DNA of 64,000 nucleotides from Stylophora pistillata (Eukaryota), in the NCBI RefSeq assembly GCF_002571385.2, contig NW_019217784.1:1709297-1773296 (forward strand). Reading direction: 5' to 3'. Each line of letters opens with the position of its first letter. The first letter of the stretch is position 1. The translations under genes and the position numbers were made by a program. The notes under the pieces are model-generated. The model did not search any database. It was not told where the DNA came from and saw only the letters and a program-made list of their open reading frames with translations. Of the stretch, positions 12,001 to 25,289 are shown piece by piece.

Positions 12001-15000
12001 TGTCATGAATATAGTATGTCTAGCGTGACACACCATACATGGTGTGTCACATGATGTGTCTACATAAGGCAAGCATGCTTCAAGTAACTTTATTTTATAT
12101 CATACTTATCGTTACAGTTCATTAAACGCAAAATCCTAATATGGTGTCAGGAGTGGGATCCTGTGAAGACATTGGATCCTCCAGGAGAAGCATTTAACAC
12201 GTGAGGACATACCTTTTAACCAGCAAGAGTAGGGGCGCAAATAAAGCTCAATTATATCGAAGATTCGCAAAAAACATGGCCGATCGATTCAAACCACCGT
12301 CTATGGATTGGACCACCCCAGGGGACATTCACAAGCGTTTCAAACTCTTCTAGCAGAAATACGGACTCGTTTTCGCAGGACCACTTGACAAAGTTGAAGA
12401 GGCGAAAAAGGTGAGATTGCTGCTGTTATGGATTGGCGACTGAGGCCTCGAAATCTATAATACGACCACGTGTGCCAGCGATGGCGACAACCTCAAAATC
12501 GTCCCAGTTATGGCGGCGCTTGAAGCTTATACAAAGCCCCAAAATAATCATATCCTCGCTAGGTATCAACTCCGATGCCTAAGGCAGGGAGACAGACCAC
12601 TTGAAGAATTCGTAACCGAAGCGCGGCTATTAATAGAAGATGGCGGATACGATCCTGCCGTTAAAGAAAGAACCCTCCGAGACACACTTGTACTTGGTGT
12701 GACATCTGATAAAGTAATCAAAGATGCGATAGCACTCGGCAACCAGCTAACCTTCAAGCAAGTCTACGACCTAGCAAAGGTTGAGGAAAGCACTAAAGCC
12801 CATATGAAAATAATTAGCAAAGGCGAAGAGAAATCAGACCTTCACGCAGTTGATAGAAGACCCGCCCGTCCGACTAAAAACACTTCAGTTCACACACCAA
12901 ACTCCCCACCACGACCAAAGCCAAAGAGATCCTCCAAGCAGAAAACCTCGCCGATTGCAGTTCAAATCAAAAGGGTGCTTCAGATGCGGAAACACTCATG
13001 ACGAACAAGCAAGTTTCTCTGCAAAAAATTCAAAATGCAAGCACTGCAGCAAGACCGGCCACTACGCAGGAGCGTGCATGCAACAACGCCTCCAAAAGGT
13101 CCATCAAATCGTGAGTACCCAGAGTATCAGGGCCAAGACATCCACCTAAAGGATGAGTATCCCCACAAGGAAGGTTACGCTTACGCTCGTGATGAAAGCT
13201 CAGACGATCGAGGAAACTAGCGACACAGAACCCATTACTGTGTTCTTCGGAACTCTCCCTTCAGCAAAGGGCCGACAAACCCAAGGAATTTCACTTAACG
13301 CTATCAATAGCCACCCAGACAAAATCTTCGCCAAAGTCACGATTAACGAACGCCACGACATGAGCCTTAAAATAGATACGGGGGCGGACGCCTGCATAAT
13401 CACCACCACAGACCTCCAACACTTCCCCTTCCCAATCGCCATCGCTCTATGCAATAACGTTCTTAGAGGCTATGGAGGTTCTGAGATAGAAAACCTTGGA
13501 GTCACCACATTAAAGGTCTCTTTCAAGGACAAGACAGCCGATATTAGATTCAACATTGTGGAAGCCCCAGAAAGCTCATCCATGCTGGGGTGCCGAAAGA
13601 GCCAAGACCTGGGAATAATATCAACAAACTTATATGAAGTGAAGGTGTAGTCTGATCGTCCGGGTGAGTGTAGTCCTGAGAAGGACTGTTGTCGGTGGTA
13701 GTGACTGACGTTTCGACAACCTGTGCGGAAGTCATCATCAGAGTCAACTTATATGAAGTTAGCACCATCTCCCCAACCAGGACCGAAACGGAGGCACAAC
13801 GTGGTCAGCTATCCAAACTGACTGTCCTGGAAGAATAGCAAGATTGCTTCGACAAGCTGGGCTGCTTTCCAGGAGAGAAGTACCATATTCAGCTAATTCA
13901 CCACCCCGTTCCAGTCATCCACCCGCCACGCACCGTTCCAGTACACATACTACCCTTATACAAAGAGGAACTCAGCAACATGATTGCCGACGGCGTCATC
14001 ACAGCCGTAACCCAACCAACTGACTGGGCAAACTCAATCGTATGTAACATCAGAAAAACTCCCGAGGGCAAGAGAAAGATCAGATTTTGCCTCGACCCCA
14101 AGGAACTCAATAAGAACATACGCCGAGAGCACTACTACACCCACACCATCGATGAACTCCTGCCGCAGCTACATGGTAAGAAGTTCTTTTCCGTGGTCGA
14201 CACGAAGAAAGGTTATTGCTATGTGGCCTTAGACCACGAGTCAAGTTTGTTGTGCACATTTAACACCCCCTTCGGACGTTACCGTTTCAGACGTTTCCCT
14301 TTCGGGATCACGCTCTCCCAAGACATCTTCCAACGCAAGCTCGATGAAGTCTACAGGGGCATCCCCAATGTAATGGGGATTGCAGACGACATCTTCGTAT
14401 GTGGTTCAACCGAAGCAGAGCACGATCAAGCCTTCCGCGAAATGCTCAAGGCTACTCGTAAAAACAATGTCAGCCTAAATTCTGAAAAGCTACAGTTCAA
14501 GCAGACACTAGTCACTTTCTACGGACACACCCTGACAGAGAATGGGTTACAATCAGCAAAAGAGAAACTTGAGGCAATTCGCAATATAAAGAGCCCGTCA
14601 AACACAGGGGAGCTTCAGACTATTTTGGCGATAATCACTTACCTGAACCGTTTCTCGACAAAGTTGACAGACCTCACATCACCACTAAGAGAACTAACCA
14701 AAAAGCACGTGCGTTTCAGCTGTGAACTCCACCATCAACAGGCTCTCGATAAAATCGAGCAAGAACTCTGCACATCCCAACTTATCTCTTATTGTGACCC
14801 AGAACCGAATACACCCACAATCCTTCAGTGTGACTCAAGCAAAACAGGCATCGGGGCCTGACTGAGGCAGTTGGATTCCCAAGGAAATGAGCGCATCGTT
14901 GCGATGGCGTCCTGGTCACTCACAGACGCTGATTCAAGATATTCAAATCTTGAGCATGAATGCCTGGCAGTTACCTATGGATTGGAAAAGTTTGAGAACT

Positions 15001-16555
15001 ACCTACTCGGCCGAACGTAATCGTCGAAACTGACCATTCCCCTTTGGAACAAATTTTAAAGAAGAACATCAATGAGGCCCCGAGCCGGTTGCAGAGACCG
15101 CTCCTTAGATCGATGCTTACGATTTGACGTCAATGTGCAGTGCAGGCAAGGAAGGACCATTCCAGTCGCTGACGCCCTAGCGCGAGTTTGCCACAAGAAA
15201 ATCACACCCTCTGCCAAAAATATGACGGAAGACTCCATACCACAGCGTAATATCCACTTCACATCCACCCCTATTGACCTGACAGCAGTGAAATCCTCTA
15301 CCACATTAGATCCTACAATGAACCTACTGAAGGATATCATCTTCAGTGGCTGGCCCCCCTACAGAAAGCAATGCCCGTAGGAACTATGGGAATTTTGGTT
15401 CTTTCGGTGCGACCTCACAGTAGAAGATGGCCTAGTACTCAAAGGTGACAGGATCGTTGTCCCACCAACCATGAGAAATGAAGTCCTCCAAGCAATCCAC
15501 CAAGGGCATCAAGGAGAGAACAAATGTATTCTTCGAGCTAGAGAATCGGTGTTCTGGCCCGGCAACTCCACTGACATCAGGCAGATGGTGAAGACCTGCG
15601 ACCCATGTAACAAGCACCAACCAACTCAGCCAAAACTACCCCTCATACAACCAGACCTCCCTACCCGGCCATGGGAAAAACTCGGTACAGACATTTTTTA
15701 ATTCAACGGGGCGAAATACTTAATGGTCGTTGATTACTTTTCAAGATTTCCCTTGATAAGACTCCTCAACAACATGACCAGTCACACTGTGTGCAACCAC
15801 TTCGCAAGCATCCTAGCAGAATACGGCTTATCAACCCCTATCGTTGCTGACTTCGGATCTCAATACATCAGTGAAAGGTTCCAATCAAAATGCAAAGAAA
15901 GCGGCATCACATTATGTTGCAGTTCCCCATACCATCATCAAGCCAACAGCCTGGCAGAAAGAGCAATTGGAACCTGCAAGTCGCTATTGTTGAAAGCACT
16001 AGAGGAGAAAGAATGCCCGTACACAGCCCTATGGACGTACCGAATGACTCCTCTTGATGACCAAACACCATCACCCTACGAATATCTGTTTGGACGCAAA
16101 CCCCAAACAACACTCCCAGACCGAAGAAGTGCGCTGAAGTCCAAACACCCAAATAATGAGCTCCACCGGGAAGCTAACCAGGGACGACAAGAAAAGCAGG
16201 TAATATTCTACAACAGAAAGGCCGGCAGTGACAAGCGACCCCTTACCAACCGGGAATCATTATTTGTCTGGAACACCTTCAAGAATATCTGGCAGCCAGG
16301 AACCGTGCTGAATAGGCCAAAACCAACAGAACGCCCTCGAACTTACGCAGTAGACATCCAAGGAACAATCTACCAGAGGACTAGGGAACATCTAAGACCA
16401 AGGAATCAGAGCGAAACACATGTAACCCCACCAACCGGTAGCAACCTTCCACTTACAGTGGCCCCGGTACACAGCCCCAGGGATACACGTGCGTCCAATG
16501 CCAGAACAAACAGCCCCCCTTAGCCGGCAGAAGCCAGCCCTGAAAACAGCCATTA
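12001..16555 (+). mobile_element. Degenerate Ty3/Gypsy LTR retrotransposon (5' LTR, PBS, gag, PR, RT, RNase H, integrase; no 3' LTR seen)
   Basis: TG-started LTR 12001-12141; PBS TGGTGTCAGGAGTGGGAT (12142-12159, tRNA-Leu type); gag ATG 12276 with Zn knuckles CFRCGNTH/CKHCSKTGH; protease KIDTGAD; RT IADD; integrase HQGH..CDPC and ANSLAERAI in Gypsy order; many stops and frameshifts. Confidence 0.92.
13641..13745 (-). ncRNA. Short retroposon carrying an intact-looking minimal type I hammerhead ribozyme, inserted in the Gypsy pol
   Basis: Minus strand UGACU-CUGAUGA-UGAC...GUC-GAAAC-GUC^AGUCA, with stem I UGACU/AGUCA. 14-bp direct repeat aacttatatgaagt at 13627-13640 and 13746-13759; removing the insert restores the pol frame. 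Confidence 0.75.
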
Positions 16556-17581
16556 AGAACACAGTATTTTTCGCTCAGTTTACTTAGGTTTCTAGATCAT
16601 ATGTACTTGTGCGTACTTGAAAAAATGACCACGCTACGCGCCTGGTATTACGTTAGAAAAAATTGACTCAACGCTGCAAGGAGAATCTCTCTCGGACTTT
16701 ACTTTTTAAGAGACGAAGTTACCGTCTAAAATTCAAACATTACTGTTAGGTTTATTGGCACATTGCCAACCTTGTAAATTAGCTCAAACATACAGAAAAC
16801 ATTTGTATTAGCTTTTGTCAGCTTTTGTATATCTTTTTATTATGTGGCTGTGTCTCACAAGGACTGTGAACTACCGAATTCACGAATTTGATTGGCTGAA
16901 ATCAATATTGAAAGCGGTCTAGATTTTCCCATCTAGACCGGCATCTAGAACTGTCTAGAAAAAAAAGGTACAAAGAATATAAAAAATTGGCATATAAGAC
17001 ACAGCCACATAATAACAGCTCCGACGCAGGGCTAACGCTCGAAACGTCAGCTTTTATAATCGTAACGGTGGCCAACTTCCCATTTCAACTTTGGTGATAG
17101 GTTTCAAATTATTTCGTTACCCCCACCGACGCAGCCCCAAACAGTTTCTTTAGAAACTATCAGCCTTTATTCATATAATAAACATCTTATTAACCGAGCT
17201 AGGTCGGTCTGTAGGGGAGAATCTTGACCTCGGTCGCTCTGTACTGGCNGTTGTTGTATTTTTAGTAGAATAAGTGTGAATAAAAGAATGAATGAATGAA
17301 TGATTGAATACACATTCCGGATTTGAACTTTGCGTGGGGAATAAGTGCTACTGCTTACATAAGGTATTTTTAACGACCGCTGTACTATAAATTTGTGTGT
17401 TCGACCCTCGACGAACGCCTTCGATCCTTCGAGATAGCGTTACCGAGCGTTACCCGTGTCACACCCTAGAGCCTCATCAAAGAGGCTAGAAGGGCGTTAT
17501 CATCATAATTTCTTGCTGCTACTTTTACTGTGAGTCAGCCGAACCATAGCATTTGTTGATGCTCAACTCAACGCGTCCAAC

Positions 17582-20500
17582 ATGATGAGCACAACATTTG
17601 CCACAATTTTCGTGTTGGCAATTTCGTATGTAACGATGTGCACTGCATATGAAGACGACAAAGAACCGATTTGGAATTTTGACGACATCCTATCCCAGAG
17701 ATCTCATGCTGAAAAGCAGCAAGATAGAGATGAGTCATCAGAAATTTTGAAATTCGCCTTGCCCGGTGTCCACCCGACGAAGGTAAAGAGAGCAGTGCGG
17801 TCTGGTTTATCAATGGTTTCTCGAAATTCAAACAGTGAGGGGTTCAATAGTCGTGAAATTTTATGTAAATGAAGTGTTTGTCTTCATTACATGCACGAAA
17901 TATATCACTCGTTTCCTGGCAAGATTTATGTACATCCTCATATTTGATCGATGTCGTTATCTGGCTGTTTATCTGTTATTATTACTTTTTTTTATCGAAA
18001 TTGGAAGTAATGCTTAAGAAAGAAATATTTTCGTTTCGTTTACTTTGTCGGGAACGAGTTGTTACAAGTTTGGACTATGGAGGAGACTAGGACGAGCTCA
18101 AGTTGCCCCTAAACTTCAGAATACCCAGCCACTCATTTAGTATATATTATTTTAATTTATACAGGATAGCCCCTTCAGTGAAGTAAACACTGGTATCAAC
18201 GGGGGTCCTGTTACCCACCCATCCCACCCGTGGGGNNNNNNNNNNNNNNNNNNNNNNNNNNNNNNNNNNNNNNNNNNNNNNNNNNNNNNNNNNNNNNNNN
18301 NNNNNNNNNNNNNNNNNNNNNNNNNNNNNNNNNNNNNNNNNNNNNNNNNNNNNNNNNNNNNNNNNNNNNNNNNNNNNNNNNNNNNNNNNNNNNNNNNNNN
18401 NNNNNNNNNNNNNNTCAATGGATAGAGCATGTCATTAAATAACACGTCATTAAATAAGAATAGGGTCTATCATGTTATGCCTCATTCTTCAAAGTTCTGA
18501 CACATGTACATGAGGTGGACGGGTATTCTGAAGTTGCTCCCAAGTTGCGGTGGATCCTTTCAAAGCAGTTTGCTTCTGCTCTCACCCAAAATGGTATTGA
18601 CTTGACAATCATAAAACCGTTCTTTTAAGAGTATTACTCAAAACAAATGGTTCCTTTAAAAACCATTGAAATAGAAAAGAAATATCACCAACATGTAACT
18701 TGAGTGTGATAATTTTTATTAGCATTATAGCTTATCACAATTTTTATTAGCATTATAACCACATCAATAACAATCAGGGCTCGACACTAATGGTAGCCAA
18801 GTAGCCACCGACTAGTAGAAATTCAGTTTTGGCTTATGGTTTTCCATTTCCACAATCCAGTTTGGCTAGTAAACAAACTGAAATTGTCATATCATCTAAG
18901 TTGTCACTAGCCACTTGGTTAGTAAGTTGAAAAGTTAGCATCAAGCCCTGACAATGCATGCATCATACATAGCTGCCACAACTTATTGAGCACAAAATAT
19001 TCCACATTGCAGGAAGACATGCACCTCTGTACTGCTGTGGATCTCCGTAGAAAGGAAGAATATATTGGTAGAGTGTTTTACAGTACATAACATTATGTCT
19101 AACAGAGCTCTAATTTTCCTATAGTAAAAAAATTAATACACAAAGATACTGACTAATTATTTTCTTTTTAAAAATAAATCGGTAGATCATGCAGTTCCCG
19201 TTCTTTTAACAAACATTTATCAAAGAGACCTAAAATCTTCAAGCACTTTAGGGTCAATACTTTTCAAAAGAAAATGTGTTTGACTTCACATCAAAATGCA
19301 TCAATAATTATTTAAACAAAATTAATATTACACATCATTACACTATGGAAAACAGGCAGAAATGTGTCACTGATGATTTGGCATTCTTTTCAGTTGCAAT
19401 TAAACCCCTTGTTGACATGCACACAGTCCACCATTTGATGATAGTTGGATGCTCAGAGCCAGCAAATTATGCTTTTGCTAATGATGGAAAATATTGGTAT
19501 GTTGATTAAAGGATAGTATAAAGTCAATAATGCTCTTACGATAACTAATGTTTTGCAGATGGCCTTCAATTGTAGCAAAGAAAAGCTTGGTTCAGTAGGT
19601 TTTGCCATGCAAGTACAGATCTTATTGAGGATAATACTTGTAAAATTAATAAATGAATTCCATGTTTCTGTGCATGTGTTCAGTAATATATGGCAGATAA
19701 TGTCAAAATGTGGTAAAACCATAATGGTGGCACACGAGGTGTCGCTGAGTATGTTGCCGTTATTTCCACAGACTCTGTAAACCCACAGCAACATGCAATT
19801 AGAATCAATTTGTTTTATATAAAAAAAAAGCAAAATGTTGGTGATGCATGGTGACACAAACCAATCAAAATGCACATTTAATTCACCTTATCATAAATAA
19901 CGTAATTACTTTTTCTGACTCATAACTAGCCATGGAGGGTTTTGAGTGACACAAAGTATAAAAATTACTGGAGTTCAAAATAGTTTTTGGCTTTGTGTCT
20001 TCTTGTTTGCTGTAAATGTTCTCAGTTAATACAATAACAGGTATTTGTTAATTAAGTATACAATTTTTTTGTTGTTTTTTTTTTTAGGACATGTGGAGAA
20101 AGTGGACTCAAAAAATGCAGCCATGGTTCTACTGATGAAATACTGTATGCTTGGGGAAGAAATGCCCCAGAGTTGGACTTACCACCTGGTACTGCATGTC
20201 AATATTCACCTATATCGTAGTGGTGTTTTCATCATTACTAATAATAGGAATGCTTAATGCCATTTTCACTGTGATGTGGTGGCATTTCTTAACCTCTTTC
20301 TCCATTACCAACTTCTGCAACAATACCTGGTAATTGCATGTTATATATCTTTGATCTGAGATAGTACATTAAATACGCTGAGAGAAAAAGTCATTCGAAA
20401 GTCACCTAAAAGACTCTTGTAGTACAAATAAATGTTGTGGCAATCAAAAATTAAATGTTTTTGGAGAATTTCTTAATTTAAATTTTTTATTTCTTCAACT

Positions 20501-23500
20501 CCTGCTGAAGAATTTGTTGCTAATTTTCTAGACACTGCCATTGAAGTGGGTGGCAAATCTGATCATAGTTACCTTGTCCTTGAAGTTCACTATGCAAGTG
20601 TAGACAAGTTTTTAGGTGAGTTTCATGTTTGGTCAATGGTGTTTCCTTCAGGTCCTTCTTGGTGGCAAATAAATGCAGATGCTAAGTTTAACAGTCTTTT
20701 AATTTCAGTTTTTTTTTGAGAGTTACAATTACATTTATGATTTTGTTTCCCCATCTTTATTGTTTCCTAGATTACAGCTGGTAAAAACTACATGGTTTTT
20801 TTTCAGGCCTTATTTCAACTACTACATAAGTAGGGTGCAAGGATCCCTTTTATACATTTTATGAAACGACAGTACACATATATGATCTTGATATGTTCAA
20901 ATTCATTGTTATCACTTGGATGGGTTCAAGACAAACCAATGTAATGACCAGATCCCAGCTGGCTTGTTGGCTCAGTTGTTCAAGCACTACACCAGCATCA
21001 CAGAGGCCATGGGTTCAAATCCTGTATGGGCCTGAATTTTTTTCAGGGCTTATATCCACTATTACATAAGTAGGGTTCATTACTGCGAGGATCACTTTCA
21101 TACATTTCATGAAGCCACAGTACACAGATGGGTATATGATTTTCACATATTCAAATTCATTGTCATCACTTGAACCAGTTTAATATGAACCAACATAATG
21201 ACCAGCTCCCAGTTGGCTCATTAGCTTAGTTGGTTGAGCCCTGCAACAGCATCACAGAGGTCATAAGTTCAAATTCCATACAAGCCTGAATTTTATTTGA
21301 GGCCTTATTTCCACTACTTCTTTGCTCCACTGGCTGCCGGTGGAGCAAAGAATAATCTTTAAGATTAATCTTACTTGTTTTAAGTTACTCAAGAATTTAG
21401 CTCCTGATTATTTTGTTGACCTAATTCATGTTTATGAACTTACGAGGTACCTTCGCTCATCTTCAGACAAGTGGCGTCTTATTATCAAACCCTATAACTT
21501 AAAGACATATGGTTTAAGGGCTTTCTCAGTTATTGCCCCTATACTTTGGAACGATTTACCTCTTGACATTTGTTCAATCGACGATGTAAACAAGTTCAAA
21601 TCTAGTTTGAAGACCTTTCTTTTTATGAAAGTTTATGAACTATCCTAGGTTCTCCATTTTGTAATTTTGTCATTATGTATAGTTATACGATTTTAATCCC
21701 TTTAAAAGCATTGTAAAGCGCTTAGCACTAAAAAGGATAGGCGCTATATAAATATTTTATTATTACTATTATTATTACTACATATGTAGGGTTCATTACT
21801 GTGAGGATCACTTTTGTACATTTCATGAAACCGCAGTACACATACATGATTTTCATATATTCAAATTCTTTACTATAGGACTGTGTTAATGAATCTTCTA
21901 ATATCAAATCTATAACTTAGAAACTTGCTTTTTAAGGGACAGGGGATTCTAACCAGTTGTTGATAACTGGGATTAGATGGAGCTCATGGTCTAAAATCAA
22001 TCCTTATCTGACTTGTAATATTGATTGTTCAACCTCTCCACAGCTGATCCTACTCTAAAAGATTACGCTGGGGCAGAATTGCACATGACGTCAGTACGGT
22101 GAGTAACTGTAGTTGAAAATTATTTCAGTTCCTCAAGGTGTTGCAACAATGTAAGCCTTGTTCAAAACTTATAAGTGCAAATAGGGGGAACTGAAAAAAC
22201 ATTTAACATCATAATGTTGGAGTTTGTAAAGTCTGTTTCATGCTTCAACCAACTCAGCTTTGAGCAATAGCAAAATCAAAAAACATTAATACTTGCCACA
22301 ACAAAAATATGAAGAGGAAAAAGTTTATTAATTTTCTCAATTACTCCTTGTCTTTTTCTTCCTTATTTTTTTCCCTTCTTTTTTTTCTCCCCTCCCCTCC
22401 CTCAGATCTTCATGTGGTTTCTTGTCTTTCCCTCCAATTCAATTTCTTTTCTTGACCTTCTCCTCCCTTTACTGCATTATAATTGGAAAAGGTTATGAAC
22501 CTATGAAATGAATTCATTACCTCCTGGCCCTAGGGTGGTAATTTGTTCTTCCTAAAAATAATTTGCATGTAGTTAGCTGTCACAGTTACTGTAGGTACTT
22601 GTTTGAAGTGACTTTTAGCTAAACCTAGCCTCTACATTCCTAATCTCAGCCATGAAACCATACCTCAGCCATGACACAATACTTTTTACATTCTCTTCCT
22701 AGTCCTGGTGGAAAAGAATTAATGGGAAATCTAAATAATCAAGTGAAATGAAACCTTCTTAAGTTCAACATGAACAAATGAGTAAAAAAATTCATTACTG
22801 TTCCCAAGGTTTCAGTGGTTCTGCTTCTCACTTTTGCTTCACAGACCCAGTCAACTGGCTGCTGTATTTCTCTTACAACCATTTGGAGACATTCCACCAA
22901 AGAAGAAAGGTAAACTAAAATCTTTGAGGTCACTCTCCTGCCTGCTCAGCAGATCACCTGCCTTTTAACTAAATACTGTGTTTCTTCTTTATCCAGCTTG
23001 GCATTTTGACATTGGATGTCAATATCATGATGGACCAGTCTTACATCCTTTTGACTTTAGAGTCCACACTCATGGCATCGGTGAGTTCCACTGTGCTGAT
23101 AACATTTTAGACCATATTCAGTTTCCAGTCATATGAAGGAGGGAAGTTTTTCCCATCTTGGGGTTAAGGGTTTTCTTTTTTTCCCCTTTTACCCATTAGT
23201 ATGACTAGCATCAAGTTTCTGAAGGGTTTGTGAAGGGTTTATAGGGCTAACAGAGGGTTCATAAACAGTGAATTCCCTTTACAAGTGACTCCTTTTATGT
23301 TCCTTTAGGGGTATTTTAGGGGTATTAAGGGTATTTTAAAGTCCTTTTAGAATAATGGTACATATGAGTCATGAATATGTAGCATGTTGCTACAGATGTT
23401 TTTTAGTTGATAATTTGCAGATGAATGATTATTAATGGGCAAAATTTACAGACTGAACAAGATTGGCAAATTCAGTATTTCAAAAATTATTTGAGAGGGA

Positions 23501-25289
23501 TTCCTGAAATCCAAGGTCTTCCGAGGGATTCTTTCAATCAGTGTACCTTTGTGACAGATAAAGAATTCTGTTTATCACTTATCACTCTTCTGGTCTCTAA
23601 AAATATTTTGGCGATGTTTCTGTGTGTGGTTCTCCGTTCTTTTAAGGTTTTGAATTCTGGTTTTCAGATTTAATGATATTAATGCTGGCATTTGATTGTA
23701 AATCCACTTCTGTGCCTTGTAACCTGTTAATTTGAAAACACTTATTTGTATAAATTAAGAGAAAAGTAACTGATTCAAAACAACTTTTCAAGTTTAAAAA
23801 GATTTAAGGATGCTGGTGTAAAGTTTGGATATCATATTTGCATACTAAGTTGAGCTTAATTCTGGAATTGCTCCAGGGACGGTAGTGACTGGCTACAGAA
23901 TACGTGATGGAAAATGGACTCTAATAGGTAAAATGGATCCACAGCGACCACAGGTAAGTTAATTCTTCAGCAGTTGCATAATTGACTTCCATGTAAAGTA
24001 AAAATATAAATTTCAAGTTTGTATAAATTACCCATCACCTGTAGGAAATTTGGCACTGATAAGTAAATATTCATCCACTCTCAAAGATCCTCTCTGAAAG
24101 TCTGTACACAGTAAACAGAATTATAGAGGAAACAAATGGTTTATTTCATTACAATCTCATATTTGGTTTAATTTTTCAGGCATTTTACCCAGTTGATAAT
24201 CTAGTGGATATAAAAAGTGGAGACACTATAGTAAGCACTGGTATTCTTAAACAGTATAAAGAAACTATAATTCCTACCTAATCTTTTAAGTCTCCTGCCT
24301 TGTTTTTTCCATCTCCTCACCTCTCTAGCACTCGACTCTCATGTTTACTCTCCAGATCTCCATTGTCACCTCTCCTGTTCTTCCCAACCATACATATCCA
24401 CCCTCTTGTTTTTCATTTCTTGTAAATTTCATTCATTTTGTCCCATGTGTGGTGCATCTCCAACTTCAGACTTTACAACTGAATTTTTTGGATGTGCTTC
24501 TAGAAACATAGATTAGGTTTGCTTCTTTTTGTTAAAGCATAAAATAATCGTTATTTACAGGCTGCCCGTTGCACTTTCAATTCAATGCAGAGAAACAGAG
24601 TAACACACTCAGGGTATGCTTGTTTAGTATCATTGTGACCATCATCTTACCAGACCAGACCAGACTAGGGAAAAGGAACTGTGGTGTTGAACTAGTTAGG
24701 GTATTACAAAATAATTTGGTCTCATGAAAAGAGTTGATAAAGTAAATTGCTTGGCCACGTAGTTTGGTGGCAGTGTGGTAGGGTGCTGGACTTGTAGTTC
24801 AATGTCCTAGGTTCAAGTCCTACACCCTGCTACTCACTGGATTTGTTCTCGGTAGCCCCAAGTTCAACTCCCCAGCTGCACTTTTTAAATAACTTAATGG
24901 TCTTCCTCCTGCCAGTGGGGATTTTCAAGCACTTGTTGTCTAGGCTCGAAGATATTGCCTTGTTAGCGCTCTAAAACTTGAGTATACATAAAGTTTATGT
25001 ATGTATGTTTTATGTAGAGAGTTTCTTAAGTTGATGTTTTGAGTACTTAACTTAGAAGTGTATTTACTTGCACAAACTAAGGGATTCTATCTCTATTTCT
25101 GTGACCAGATTAACCCATGAAGATGAAATGTGCAATTTTTACATGATGTACTGGTATGATCCAAAACAAGGAAAGGCAGCCAGCAATCACAGAGACTTCT
25201 GTCAGCTTCTGGATCCAAAGTACCTTGATTACCCAGCAGATTCTGATGTTCCACTACCAACTAAAAGAGCAAAACTGGCAATGAAATAA
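17582..25289 (+). CDS. PHM: Monofunctional peptidylglycine alpha-hydroxylating monooxygenase paralog B (369 aa, secreted)
   Basis: GT-AG exons 17582-17782, 19013-19067, 19394-19496, 20088-20188, 20532-20615, 22044-22098, 22845-22909, 22997-23080, 23877-23953, 24180-24230, 24561-24613, 25109-25289 join to 1110 nt in frame. Signal peptide; CuH HH and VHY; CuM RVHTH and EMCNFY; LYAWGRNAP; PQRPQAFYPV. Confidence 0.92.
18236..18414. other. Assembly gap (N run); single-N joins also at 17249 and 45507
   Basis: Seen directly. Confidence 1.
20790..21870 (+). repeat. Old tandem tRNA-derived repeat array interrupted by a LINE tail
   Basis: Units ccagctggcttgttggctcagttg...ggttcaaatcctgta...cctgaattttttcagg with degenerate A/B boxes; related to the 25864-26407 and 31333-31838 elements. 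Confidence 0.6.
21322..21780 (+). mobile_element. 3' fragment of an L2/CR1-group LINE
   Basis: LHWLPVEQRIIFKI...RAFSVIAPILWNDLP...FKSSLKTFLF* followed by a 3' UTR and (att)n tail. Confidence 0.8.
22521..22562 (+). pseudogene. Dead remnant of alternative exon 7a in PHM-B
   Basis: LLALGW*FVLPKNN aligns codon by codon to ILAVSWSLVPPKKQ of PAM exon 7a (TCA>TAA). Same position between exon 6 and exon 7b, after a pyrimidine-rich tract; no donor GT. Confidence 0.7.
24765..24930 (+). repeat. tRNA-derived SINE (Nin-domain-like body)
   Basis: A box-like tggcagtgtgg, B box ggttcaagtcc, then ttcaactcc...tcctgccagtggggatt. Confidence 0.5.
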
